DNA of 33,288 nt, taken from positions 1-33,288 of the forward strand of contig JBDTVN010000003.1 in the NCBI GenBank assembly GCA_040007155.1, given 5' to 3'. The notes beneath the pieces are model-generated. The model searched no databases and had not been told where the DNA came from. It worked only from the letters and a program-made list of their open reading frames with translations. Below, one piece after another: positions 8,552 through 17,255 of the stretch. Each line of letters opens with the position of its first letter. The first letter of the stretch is position 1. Made by a program: the position numbers and the translations under genes. The DNA comes from Chloroflexota bacterium (GTDB taxonomy: Bacteria; Chloroflexota; Limnocylindria; Limnocylindrales; CSP1-4).

Positions 8552-9721
8552 TTAGACGTTCAGTCGGCCAATCCGTGCGTTGGCCTCGTTGATCTGTCCT
8601 TCGTCGACCTGACCCTGCGCGACGAGGCGCTCGATGGCGTCCAGCGCGGCCTGCACCACATCACCTGCGTTTGCGGAGGTGTTGGCGAGCAACAGCAGAT
8701 CATTGCCGGCACGGATTGCACGCCGGAGGGCCTCGTCCTGCGAGTAGTTGTTGGCAACAGCTCCAGCCATCAGGTCGTCAGTGATGACGACGCCGTCCCA
8801 GCCAACATCGTCCCGCAACAGGTTGTGCGTGGGCGCGGATAACGATGCCGGGTTACGCAAATCAAGCTGGCCGTTGAACGCGTTGCCAACCATCACGAGG
8901 TCAGCGCTTCCTGCGGCAACAAGCTGGCGGAACGGCTCCAATTCGAGGTCGGTCCAAGTGGCCGTTATGTCAACGAATTCCCGATCGGTGTCGCCGGTCG
9001 CGCTGCCCAGGCCGGGAAAATGCTTGAGGGTGGTCAACACGCCATGTTCGCGCTGGCCGGCGACCACCTCGCCAGCCATTGCCACAACGACGGTGGGATC
9101 GGCCGAGAAGCTCCGATCAAGAGCCCCGATCGATGGATTGGACGGGTTGACGTTGAGGTCGACCACGGGTGCCAGATTTAGGTTGATGCCCGCGCGCGCG
9201 AGCATCTTGCCAATGTCCGATCCGACCGAGTGGGCGTAGATCGGATCGTTGCGGCGGCCGACCTTGGCGGCTGTCGGCGTGGCCGGAAAACTGTTGTCCG
9301 GATTGAGGCGGGCCACCGCGCCACCCTCTTGGTCGACCGCGATGAGCAGCGTCCGCGCACCGGCCGCGGCGCGCAACGTTGCGGTCAGTTGGGCCAGCTG
9401 ATCGGGGGACTCGATGTTGCGCGCGAACAAGATGACGCCGCCCAGACCGTCGTCGCGAATCGCGCGGATGATCGGATCGCTGTCGCCGACCGTCTTGCCG
9501 GGAAACCCCGCGACCAGCATCTGCGCAGCGCGCACGCGCAGCGGGACCGGACTGGAGGATGGCGTCGGGCTGGGCGGGTTCGTCGGGGTTGGTGGGCTGG
9601 TCGTCGGCCGAACTGTGGGTCGCGGCGTGACCAGCTGGGTCGGCGAGCAGCCGAGGGCGAGTGATCCGAGCACAGCCGTCGCTCCGACCACGAACTCGCG
9701 CCTGGTCAAGGGACGTGCCAC
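8552..9721 (-). CDS. GH3 beta-N-acetylhexosaminidase-like, Tat-exported lipoprotein
   Basis: TRREFV twin-arginine signal, LALGC lipobox, P/T linker, GGVILF, AVDQEGG, NLAPVVD, KHFPGLG, ITDDL. Confidence 0.88.
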   Translation of the reverse strand: MARPLTRREFVVGATAVLGSLALGCSPTQLVTPRPTVRPTTSPPTPTNPPSPTPSSSPVPLRVRAAQMLVAGFPGKTVGDSDPIIRAIRDDGLGGVILFARNIESPDQLAQLTATLRAAAGARTLLIAVDQEGGAVARLNPDNSFPATPTAAKVGRRNDPIYAHSVGSDIGKMLARAGINLNLAPVVDLNVNPSNPSIGALDRSFSADPTVVVAMAGEVVAGQREHGVLTTLKHFPGLGSATGDTDREFVDITATWTDLELEPFRQLVAAGSADLVMVGNAFNGQLDLRNPASLSAPTHNLLRDDVGWDGVVITDDLMAGAVANNYSQDEALRRAIRAGNDLLLLANTSANAGDVVQAALDAIERLVAQGQVDEGQINEANARIGRLNV

Positions 9722-9726
9722 GGGCG

Positions 9727-10713
9727 TCAGTCGATCGTGAAGTAGTCGGGTCCCTGGTAGCGGCCGGTGCGCTCTTTTCTGATCTGCATCAGCACATCGT
9801 TGAGCAGGCTGCTCGCGCCAAATCGGAACAGGTCAGGCGTCATCCATCTTGGGCCGAGGGTTTCGTAGAGGACGACGAGATAGCTGATTGCCTCTTTGGC
9901 GGTCTTGATGCCGCCGGCGGGTTTCATGCCGACGATGCGGCCGGTCTTGCGATGGAAGTCGCGGATCGCTTCGAGCATGACCAGGGTCACGGGCAACGTC
10001 GCCGCCGGCGTCACCTTGCCGGTGCTGGTCTTGATGAAATCGGCGCCCGCCGCCATTGCGAGGATCGACGCCCGGCGCACGTTGTCGTACGTCTCGAGCT
10101 CACCGGTCTCGAGGATGACCTTCAGGTGAGCATCCCCGCACGCTTCCTTGACCGCGACGATCTCGTCGAAAACGTCGCGGTAGTGGCCTTCGAGGAACGC
10201 GCCACGGTCAATGACCATGTCGATCTCGTCAGCACCGGCTTCGGCGGCTTGGCGCGTCTCGAGCAACTTGACGTCCCTATACGTCTGACCGGCGGGAAAG
10301 CCCGTCGCGACCGCTGCCACCTTCACCGTCGAGCCCTTCAGTGCGTCCTTGGCGATCGCGATGTGGGCGGGGTAGATGCAGATCGCGGCGACGCTGGGGA
10401 TGGTCGGGTCGGACGGGTCGGGATGCATCCCCTTGGCGCACAGGGCGCGGATCTTGCCTTCGGTGTCTTTGCCCTCGAGCGTCGTGAGATCCATCATCCG
10501 GATCGCGAGCTCAAGCGCCCACACCTTCGATTCGCGCTTGATGGAACGCTTCTTCAGCGAGTCGACGCGCTCCTCCACGCCCACCTGGTCGACACCGCCC
10601 ACACGCTCGACCATCGACTCGATGCCTTCGCCGCGGCCGACCCAGGCACGCACCAGGGCGCTCGCCTGACGTTGCGGCGAGCCGGACGGAGGTGCTTCGA
10701 GAACTTTGTTCAC
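9727..10713 (-). CDS. deoC: Deoxyribose-phosphate aldolase
   Basis: MDLTTL, GADEIDMV, LKVILETGEL, GADFIKTSTG (Schiff-base Lys), GMKPAGGI, FRFGASSLL. Confidence 0.96.
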   Translation of the reverse strand: MNKVLEAPPSGSPQRQASALVRAWVGRGEGIESMVERVGGVDQVGVEERVDSLKKRSIKRESKVWALELAIRMMDLTTLEGKDTEGKIRALCAKGMHPDPSDPTIPSVAAICIYPAHIAIAKDALKGSTVKVAAVATGFPAGQTYRDVKLLETRQAAEAGADEIDMVIDRGAFLEGHYRDVFDEIVAVKEACGDAHLKVILETGELETYDNVRRASILAMAAGADFIKTSTGKVTPAATLPVTLVMLEAIRDFHRKTGRIVGMKPAGGIKTAKEAISYLVVLYETLGPRWMTPDLFRFGASSLLNDVLMQIRKERTGRYQGPDYFTID

Positions 10714-10720
10714 GCTGGTG

Positions 10721-10748
10721 ATGGTACAACCGCGCTCGCCGGACGCAA
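10721..10748 (-). promoter_or_regulatory. deoC promoter TTGCGT-N16-TACCAT (leaderless)
   Basis: TACCAT lies 7 nt before GTG 10713. Confidence 0.55.
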
Positions 10749-10765
10749 TGGCGGCGGATTACCTG

Positions 10766-10795
10766 TTGTCATGTGACCTGTGAGTCACTTATTCT
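10766..10795 (+). promoter_or_regulatory. arsR-like promoter TTGTCA-N18-TATTCT with operator ATGTGAC-N6-GTCACTT (copy 2) in the spacer
   Basis: Palindrome 10773-10788 sits between -35 and -10, the classic autorepression geometry. Confidence 0.72.
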
Positions 10796-10803
10796 TGCCT
10801 GCG

Positions 10804-11079
10804 ATGGCCGATCTTGATGATGTCCTGAGAGCCTTGGCCGACCCAACCAGGCGCCAACTGCTGCGGCTGGTGAGCGGTCAGCCAGGATTGAGCACTGCCC
10901 AGCTTGCACAGCGCACCGACGAGATGACCCGCTGGGGCGTGATGAAGCACCTCGCCGTGCTGCGTGACGCGGGGCTCATACAAACGATGGCCGAGGGCCG
11001 TCATCGGCGCCACTTTCCGGAAAAGGGGGCGCTGCGGCCGTTGCGGAAGTGGCTCGACGAGGCCGAGGGCCGGTCCTAG
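10804..11079 (+). CDS. ArsR/SmtB-family transcriptional regulator
   Basis: LRALADPTRRQLL and MTRWGVMKHLAVLRDAGLI; no Cys residues. ATG 10804 follows the -10 element. Confidence 0.9.
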   Translation: MADLDDVLRALADPTRRQLLRLVSGQPGLSTAQLAQRTDEMTRWGVMKHLAVLRDAGLIQTMAEGRHRRHFPEKGALRPLRKWLDEAEGRS

Positions 11080-12038
11080 CCGTTCGGCCCTAGTAGTTCC
11101 GTCAACCGATCGGGCCACATGTCCCCGAACCGCGCCGCAGCGATGATCGCGCCATCGCGCAGGCTGGTCTCAGCCGTTGTCGCCCCGTCCAGTCCCAGTC
11201 GCTCCAGGACCGCGTCCACGATGGCCGCCCCGGCAGCCAGCTGCCGCGCTCGCTGCGGCCGCACGGAGAAATGCTCGACCACCTGGGCGCTCGTCATCTT
11301 GGCCAAAGTGCGCCGGTCCTCTTTAAGTGCAGCGCGCGACAGCCGGCCCAGGCGCGCGAGATTTGTCGCCGTACCGCCCACGAAGATCGCCCGCGGCGCA
11401 GCGCTTGCGGGCCAGCGCATCTCGGGCAGCTCGCGCGCGCTGGCTTGTGCGGCCGCATGGAGCTTGTCCAACTCGGCGGCAGTCGGCGGATCGTGCGCAA
11501 CGATGCCGCGCGTCAGCCGCGCTGAGCCGATGGCAACGGGCAGCAGGGCTATGGGCGCGTCTGTGGTGTAGATGCTCACCTCGGTTGAGCCGCCGCCCAC
11601 GTCGACGACCACGAGAGGCTCAGCCGGCGCAACGCCACCGGTCACGCCAACGAAGGTAAGCAGAGCTTCCGTGCGCACGCTGATCACGTGCAGGGCGATG
11701 CCCGTGACCGCGCCAACGTCGAGCGCGACGTCGGCACCGTTCGCGGCTCGCCTGAACGGGTCCGTCCCAATCAAGGTGAGCTGCTTGGCGCCCATCTTGC
11801 GCGCCACCAGCAGGTACTCGGCGATGCGCGTCAAGAGCTGGCCGCGCTGCTCGAACGGGATGCGCGCCTCGCGATCGACCACCTCGCCCAGGCCGAGCAA
11901 CTGGCTGCGGTCGTCAACAATTGTCAGGCCGCGCCGAGCCAGGGTCTGGGCGGCGCCCAGTTGCGCGACCAACAAATGGACACTATTGCTGCCGACGTCA
12001 ATCGCCGCGCTGATCTGCTGCTGACGTCGCTTGGCCAC
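11076..12038 (-). CDS. ppx: Ppx/GppA exopolyphosphatase (short, ASKHA domains only)
   Basis: IDVGSNS, VDVGGGSTE, IGSARLT, VGGT, SLRDG. Confidence 0.88.
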   Translation of the reverse strand: MAKRRQQQISAAIDVGSNSVHLLVAQLGAAQTLARRGLTIVDDRSQLLGLGEVVDREARIPFEQRGQLLTRIAEYLLVARKMGAKQLTLIGTDPFRRAANGADVALDVGAVTGIALHVISVRTEALLTFVGVTGGVAPAEPLVVVDVGGGSTEVSIYTTDAPIALLPVAIGSARLTRGIVAHDPPTAAELDKLHAAAQASARELPEMRWPASAAPRAIFVGGTATNLARLGRLSRAALKEDRRTLAKMTSAQVVEHFSVRPQRARQLAAGAAIVDAVLERLGLDGATTAETSLRDGAIIAAARFGDMWPDRLTELLGPNG

Positions 12039-12086
12039 CTGCGTCAGTTTCGCGCCTCGGCCGCACCTTCGGCTACCGTTCTTTAC

Positions 12087-12488
12087 ATGTCTTCATTCGT
12101 TACCGGGCGCGAGTACGTGGCGCCGGTGCGCGTCCACGCCGACCGAGCAGCACAAACCCTCGAGCTCGAGTGGCCCGACGGCCACATCACGACCTACGGC
12201 TTCGAGACGCTGCGCTGGCTATGCCCATGTGCGTACTGTCGCGGCGAGGCAGGTATCCCGGGCTGGCTCGACTCGAATCCGCAGCTGACGCCGATCCAGA
12301 TGCAGCTGACCGACCTTGCCCTGGTCGGGACGTATGCGCTCCAGCCGACCTGGGCGGATGGCCACCACACCGGCTTCTACACATTCGCCCGACTGCGCGA
12401 CGAGTGTCCCTGCCCGGTCGATAGCGAGCGGCGCGACAAGGAGCACGCGGCGCACGGCGACCATTCCGGAGCGCGCCGCCTGGGCTGA
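12087..12488 (+). CDS. DUF971 (GBBH-like N-terminal) metal-binding protein
   Basis: WPDGH, LRWLCPCAYC, VGTYAL, WADGHHTGFYTF. ATG 12087 lies 7 nt after TACCGT. Confidence 0.88.
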   Translation: MSSFVTGREYVAPVRVHADRAAQTLELEWPDGHITTYGFETLRWLCPCAYCRGEAGIPGWLDSNPQLTPIQMQLTDLALVGTYALQPTWADGHHTGFYTFARLRDECPCPVDSERRDKEHAAHGDHSGARRLG

Positions 12489-12578
12489 GCGCGGCAGGCT
12501 ACCGGCCGTTTCTCGGTACCTTCGGGTGCTGGTCGGGTGGTGCTCGGATGCACCACGATCAAGCGTGATGGGCACCGT

Positions 12579-12587
12579 TGCTAGACT
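12579..12587 (+). promoter_or_regulatory. Extended -10 TG-C-TAGACT of ppk1
   Basis: Ends 9 nt before ATG 12597; no SD. Confidence 0.55.
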
Positions 12588-12596
12588 GGCCTGCTT

Positions 12597-14747
12597 ATGA
12601 CCGCCGTTCGCCCTGAGCGCGACCAGGCGCCGACCGAGCGTGCCCCAAACCCTCGGACGGCCGGTTCAGGCCGCGCACGACGAGCGGCCGCCCAGTCGCG
12701 CATGCCGTACATCAACCGTGAGCTGTCGTGGCTTGAGTTCAACGATCGGGTGCTGCATGAGGCGATCGACGAGCGCAACCCACTGCTTGAGCGCGTGCGC
12801 TTCCTGGCGATCTTCGCCACGAACCTCGATGAGTTCTTCCAGGTCCGCGTCGCCGGGCTGAAGCAGCAGGTCGCGGCCGGTAGGTCGGCGCCCACGCCCG
12901 ACGGCATGAGTGCCGCGGACACGCTCGACGCGGTACGGACCCGTCTCCTGCCCATGGTGGCGCGCCACTCGGAGACGTACGCGCGCGTCCGTGACGAGCT
13001 CGCCGAAGAAGACATTCGCATCGTCAGCTATGCCGAACGCGAAGAGCGCCACCACGAGCTCCGGACGCGCTTCTTCGACGAGATTTTCCCCGTCCTCACG
13101 CCGCTCGCGGTCGATCCCGGCCACCCGTTCCCGTACATCAGTGACCTGTCGCTGTCACTCGCAGTGACCGTGCGCGACCCCAGCACTGGGGAGCGCCTGT
13201 TCGCGCGCATCAAGGTCCCGCCGATCTTGCCGCGGCTCATGGAAGTGGGCACGAACACCTACGTGCTGATTGAACAGGTCATCGCCGCGAACCTCGATGC
13301 GCTGTTCCCGGGCATGGAAATCGTCGAGCACCATCTATTCCGGGTGACGCGCAACGCTGATATCGCGCTCGAAGAAGAAGAGGCGCCCGACCTGCTCATG
13401 GCCATCGAAGAGGAGCTGCGCAAGCGGCGCTTCGGCAAGGTCGTGCGGCTCGAGATCGAACGCACCATGCCTCACGCCACGCGGCAATTGCTCATGCGCG
13501 GCCTGGGCATCGACGCCGCCGACGTATATGAGATTAGCGGCGTGCTCGATCTGACCGCGCTTGGCGCGATCGCTGAGCTCGATGTCCCGGACCTGCACCT
13601 GGCACCGTGGCAGCCGGTCATCCCGCCGCGCCTGGTGCCACCCGACCCCGATGACGAAATCGATGTTTTCGGCGCGGTCCGTGCCGGCGACCTCCTCGTA
13701 AATCATCCGTACGAGTCGTTCGTCGCATCAGTCCAGAGGTTCATCGAGCAGGCGGCCGAGGACCCTGACGTCCTCACCATCAAGCAGACGCTGTACCGCA
13801 CCAGCGGCGACTCGCCCATCGTGCGCGCGCTTATCCGCGCCGCCGAGGCGGGCAAGCAGGTCGTGGTCCTGGTCGAGATCAAGGCGCGCTTCGACGAGCA
13901 GGCGAACATCGTCTGGGCACGCGCGCTGGAACGCGCCGGGGCACACGTTTCGTACGGCCTGGTCGGGCTGAAGACGCACACCAAGGTCGCACTCGTGGTC
14001 CGGCGCGAGGGCCGCGGCCTGCGCCGCTACGTCCACATCGGTACGGGCAACTACAACTCCAAGACCGCGCGCGGCTATGTCGACCTGGGTCTGCTGACCG
14101 CCGACCCTGAGCTTGGTGCCGACGTGACCGAGCTCTTCAACCTGCTAACTGGCCACTCACGCCAGACGCGCTATCGCAAACTCATCGTTGCGCCGTCCGC
14201 CTTGCGCACCTGGCTGACCGACCTGATCGAGGCCGAGGCCGAGCGACAGCGGACGCACGGCGACGGGCGGATCGTCTTCAAGCTCAACGCGATGGTCGAT
14301 CCGGCCATCATCGCGACGTTGTACAAGGCCAGTCAGGCGGGCGTCTCGATCGACCTCATCGTCCGCGGCATGTGCGCCGTGCGGCCGGGCGTCGACGGCT
14401 TTTCCGAGACGGTGCGAGTGCGCTCGGTCGTCGGGCCGCTCCTGGAGCACTCGCGCATCTTTGTCTTCGGCCGCGGCGAGCGCGAAAAGTTTTTCATTGG
14501 CTCGGCTGACGTGATGGAGCGCAACCTCGACCGGCGCGTCGAGGCGATCACGCCGATCACGGACGCCGAAAGCCAGGCGCGCCTGCGCCAGATCATCGAG
14601 GTCATGCTCAGCGACGACCGCCGGGCGTGGCAGCTCGATTCGAATGACACATGGCGGCGCGTAGAGGACGTGCGTCAAGCGCCGGGTCAGCGCGACACGT
14701 TCGAAATGCTGATGGCGCTCGCCCAGGCATCCGCCGGCGCGGGGTGA
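12597..14747 (+). CDS. ppk1: Polyphosphate kinase 1
   Basis: YINRELSWLEFNDRVL, NLDEFFQVRVAGL, HPFP, HPYESF, IKQTLYRT, EIKARFDE, GTGNYN, LEHSRI, RNLDRRVE. Confidence 0.97.
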   Translation: MTAVRPERDQAPTERAPNPRTAGSGRARRAAAQSRMPYINRELSWLEFNDRVLHEAIDERNPLLERVRFLAIFATNLDEFFQVRVAGLKQQVAAGRSAPTPDGMSAADTLDAVRTRLLPMVARHSETYARVRDELAEEDIRIVSYAEREERHHELRTRFFDEIFPVLTPLAVDPGHPFPYISDLSLSLAVTVRDPSTGERLFARIKVPPILPRLMEVGTNTYVLIEQVIAANLDALFPGMEIVEHHLFRVTRNADIALEEEEAPDLLMAIEEELRKRRFGKVVRLEIERTMPHATRQLLMRGLGIDAADVYEISGVLDLTALGAIAELDVPDLHLAPWQPVIPPRLVPPDPDDEIDVFGAVRAGDLLVNHPYESFVASVQRFIEQAAEDPDVLTIKQTLYRTSGDSPIVRALIRAAEAGKQVVVLVEIKARFDEQANIVWARALERAGAHVSYGLVGLKTHTKVALVVRREGRGLRRYVHIGTGNYNSKTARGYVDLGLLTADPELGADVTELFNLLTGHSRQTRYRKLIVAPSALRTWLTDLIEAEAERQRTHGDGRIVFKLNAMVDPAIIATLYKASQAGVSIDLIVRGMCAVRPGVDGFSETVRVRSVVGPLLEHSRIFVFGRGEREKFFIGSADVMERNLDRRVEAITPITDAESQARLRQIIEVMLSDDRRAWQLDSNDTWRRVEDVRQAPGQRDTFEMLMALAQASAGAG

Positions 14748-16210
14748 GCGAGGAGCTCGAGCTCAAATTTATCGTCGAGGACCCGGCTGCGGCCCGGGCG
14801 TGGATGGACCACCGACTGGGCATTTCCGAGCCCTGGCAGACGATCCAGATCATCGATCGGTACTTCGATACGGCCGACCTCGCGCTTTCTGTCGCTGGCT
14901 ACGGCGCCCGACTTCGCCAGATGGGCCGGCAGACGCTGATCACCGTCAAGTCCGACATCGAGGTGGTCGGCGGGCTGCACCGACGCGAGGAACTCGAGGC
15001 GCCTGCCGCGCGAGCACTTGATCCGGTGAAGTGGCCGGAAAGCGACGCACGGACCCGCGTTCTCGAAGTTGTGGGCGCACGGCGGCTGATCGAACGCTTC
15101 CGCGTTGAGCAGGAGCGCCATGAAGTTGAGGCCGCCGTAGACGGGGCGCTGGTCGTGGCCTCGATGGACGAAGGCGACGTATGGGCAGCGGGCCGCCTGG
15201 TCGGGTCGCTCAGGCAGCTCGAGATCGAGTTGCGCAGTGGCGATGAGACCGTGTTGCGCGGCTTGGCCGACGAGATCACGGCCGCGAGCATCGGCGTCGC
15301 TGAGCCGCGCTCCAAGCTGGCCATCGCCCTCTCGATGGTCGCGGCCGCAGAGAAGATCCAGCCGACCGACACGATGGCTGCCGCCGGTCGCCTCGTTTTG
15401 CGCCGCCAGCTGCTGCGCATGCTCGAGCGTGAGTCAGCGGCGCGCACGGGCGATCCCCTGGCGATCAAGCAGATGCGCGTGGCGACGCGGCGCATGCGCG
15501 CTGCGTGGCGGGTCTTTGGCGATGCGTACCAGAAGCGCTCCCGACGTAGGTACGTCGCCGAGCTGCGCCGCGTGGCCGATGCCCTGGGCGAGGTGCGCGA
15601 CCTGGACGTGCTGCTCGCTGGTCTTCCGGACGATGAGGCGCTGGCGCCGCTCGCCGAAGCGTGGCGCCAACGCCGCGCACTTGCGCACGCGCGGTTGATG
15701 ACGCTTCTGTACGACTCGACGTATGAGAAGTTCGTCGCGGATTACCTGGACTTCACCTCTGCTCCTGGGGCCGGGCTAGATAACGGGGCCTCACCAACGA
15801 CGATGGCGCAAGCCGCCACGACGGAGCTGATCGGTGGCGCAGATGCGATCCGCGCCGCCGCTACCGCTGTGTTCGCGAACGGCGACGATGAGGCATGGCA
15901 CACGCTGCGCATTGGCTCGCGCCGCCTGCGCTACTCAGTCGAGCAGCTGCGCGAACAGATCGGCGAAAGCGCCGCCACGGCCGCCATCGCCAATCTGGTG
16001 CGCATCCAGGATTGCCTGGGCGCGATGAACGATGCGGCCGTTGCCGCCAACGAGGCTGAGTCGTGGCTCGCCGCCCATCCGCATGCGCGGCTCACGACAA
16101 AAGGCGCGATCAGGTCGTACGTGACCGCGCAGCACGATGCGATCACGCGCCTACGCGGGGAATTCGCGCCCATCTGGCAGGAAGCGTCGGGTCTGTTTAC
16201 AGAGCGTTAA
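14744..16210 (+). CDS. CYTH + CHAD domain protein (polyphosphate-associated)
   Basis: N-terminal ELELKF (ExExK) and DRYFDT; C-terminal MRVATRRMR, LGEVRDLDV, HTLRIGSRRLRY, QDCLGAMND. GTGA overlap with ppk1. Confidence 0.9.
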   Translation: MSEELELKFIVEDPAAARAWMDHRLGISEPWQTIQIIDRYFDTADLALSVAGYGARLRQMGRQTLITVKSDIEVVGGLHRREELEAPAARALDPVKWPESDARTRVLEVVGARRLIERFRVEQERHEVEAAVDGALVVASMDEGDVWAAGRLVGSLRQLEIELRSGDETVLRGLADEITAASIGVAEPRSKLAIALSMVAAAEKIQPTDTMAAAGRLVLRRQLLRMLERESAARTGDPLAIKQMRVATRRMRAAWRVFGDAYQKRSRRRYVAELRRVADALGEVRDLDVLLAGLPDDEALAPLAEAWRQRRALAHARLMTLLYDSTYEKFVADYLDFTSAPGAGLDNGASPTTMAQAATTELIGGADAIRAAATAVFANGDDEAWHTLRIGSRRLRYSVEQLREQIGESAATAAIANLVRIQDCLGAMNDAAVAANEAESWLAAHPHARLTTKGAIRSYVTAQHDAITRLRGEFAPIWQEASGLFTER

Positions 16211-16234
16211 CAGTTAACCAATCGGACGTTCACG
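16195..16234 (+). promoter_or_regulatory. Pho box upstream of pstS
   Basis: GTTTACA (16195), GTTAACA (16206) and GTTCACG (16228) fall in an 11-bp phase, resembling Streptomyces GTTCACC and Bacillus TT(A/T/C)ACA PhoP repeats. Confidence 0.7.
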
Positions 16235-16287
16235 CTTGGCAGGAAAACTCGTTGCTATTGGGGAAGTAGCAAGGAGATCCACACAAG

Positions 16288-17199
16288 TTGAAGTCCACAA
16301 CAAAGTTGTTCGCCGTGTCCGCGCTGGCCGCGGCCGCCCTGGTCACGGGCTGCGCCGGCGGTAGCAGTGCCACGCCGACTCCCGCACCGTCTGGCCCCGC
16401 GGGCGCAGGCGTGACCAACCTCAGCACGGCTGATGCCATCGCCCTCTGGACCGGCGCCAAGACCAATTGGAGCGACTTCGGCGGTCCAGCCGAGGATATC
16501 GTCCTTATCATCCGCCCCGACTCGTCGGGCACGCGGGCGACATTCCGCAAGATTGTCCTGGGTGGCGCCACGGAAGCGTCCGGCCAGGCACTGACCGAGG
16601 ACTCGAACGGCGCCGTCACCACGGCCATTCAGAGCACCCCTGGCTCGACCAGCGTCATTGGCTTCGCCTACTACCAGTCGAACAAGGCCGATCTGAATGC
16701 TCTCCAGCTTGATGGCATTGATGCGACCGTCGAGAACATGGTAAGCGGCACATACAAGCTGAATGCGATCGGTCACATGTACACCCTCGGTGAGGCGACC
16801 GGCCTGACCAAGGCGTTCCTCGACTTCATCATGGGCAAGCACGTTCAGACCGAGCTGCTGCCGAGCAAGTTCTATGCCCCGGCCGTGACCAGCCCGGTCG
16901 ATGCCGCGCCCGCGTGCGTCGATGGCACCATCACGATCGGTGGCTCGACTGCGCTCCAGCCACTCGTCGAGGCGGCGCGTGACGAGTACCAGGCGGCATG
17001 TCCTAACTCGCACGTCGATGTCCAGGGTGGCGGTTCCGGCACTGGCCTGTCGCAGGTCGCCGCGGGCGCTTTCCAGATCGGCGACTCGGACGTTTCAGCC
17101 GGCGAGAAGCTCGAGACACCGGTTGCAGCCACGCTGGTCGATCACCAGGTCGCCAAGCAGGGCTGGGTGATGGTCACCAACATCGACGTCGGGCCCTAG
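16288..17199 (+). CDS. pstS: Phosphate-binding lipoprotein PstS, circularly permuted
   Basis: AAGGAG SD, TTG start, LVTGC lipobox. Contains TNW..GG, RPDSSGTRATF, GSTALQPL, GGGSGTG and IGDSD, but in permuted order. Confidence 0.92.
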   Translation: MKSTTKLFAVSALAAAALVTGCAGGSSATPTPAPSGPAGAGVTNLSTADAIALWTGAKTNWSDFGGPAEDIVLIIRPDSSGTRATFRKIVLGGATEASGQALTEDSNGAVTTAIQSTPGSTSVIGFAYYQSNKADLNALQLDGIDATVENMVSGTYKLNAIGHMYTLGEATGLTKAFLDFIMGKHVQTELLPSKFYAPAVTSPVDAAPACVDGTITIGGSTALQPLVEAARDEYQAACPNSHVDVQGGGSGTGLSQVAAGAFQIGDSDVSAGEKLETPVAATLVDHQVAKQGWVMVTNIDVGP

Positions 17200-17255
17200 G
17201 ACAACCAGCAGTAACCTACTGCGGCGTCCCCGGACGTTCGCAGGTTCCTCCCCCG

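Noticed and set aside
9661-10776. 371-aa plus-strand ORF
   Set aside because: Antisense shadow of deoC.
16255-17013. Minus-strand ORF, or a frameshift explanation for the odd PstS
   Set aside because: PstS is one uninterrupted frame containing all motifs; the antisense ORF has no recognisable features.
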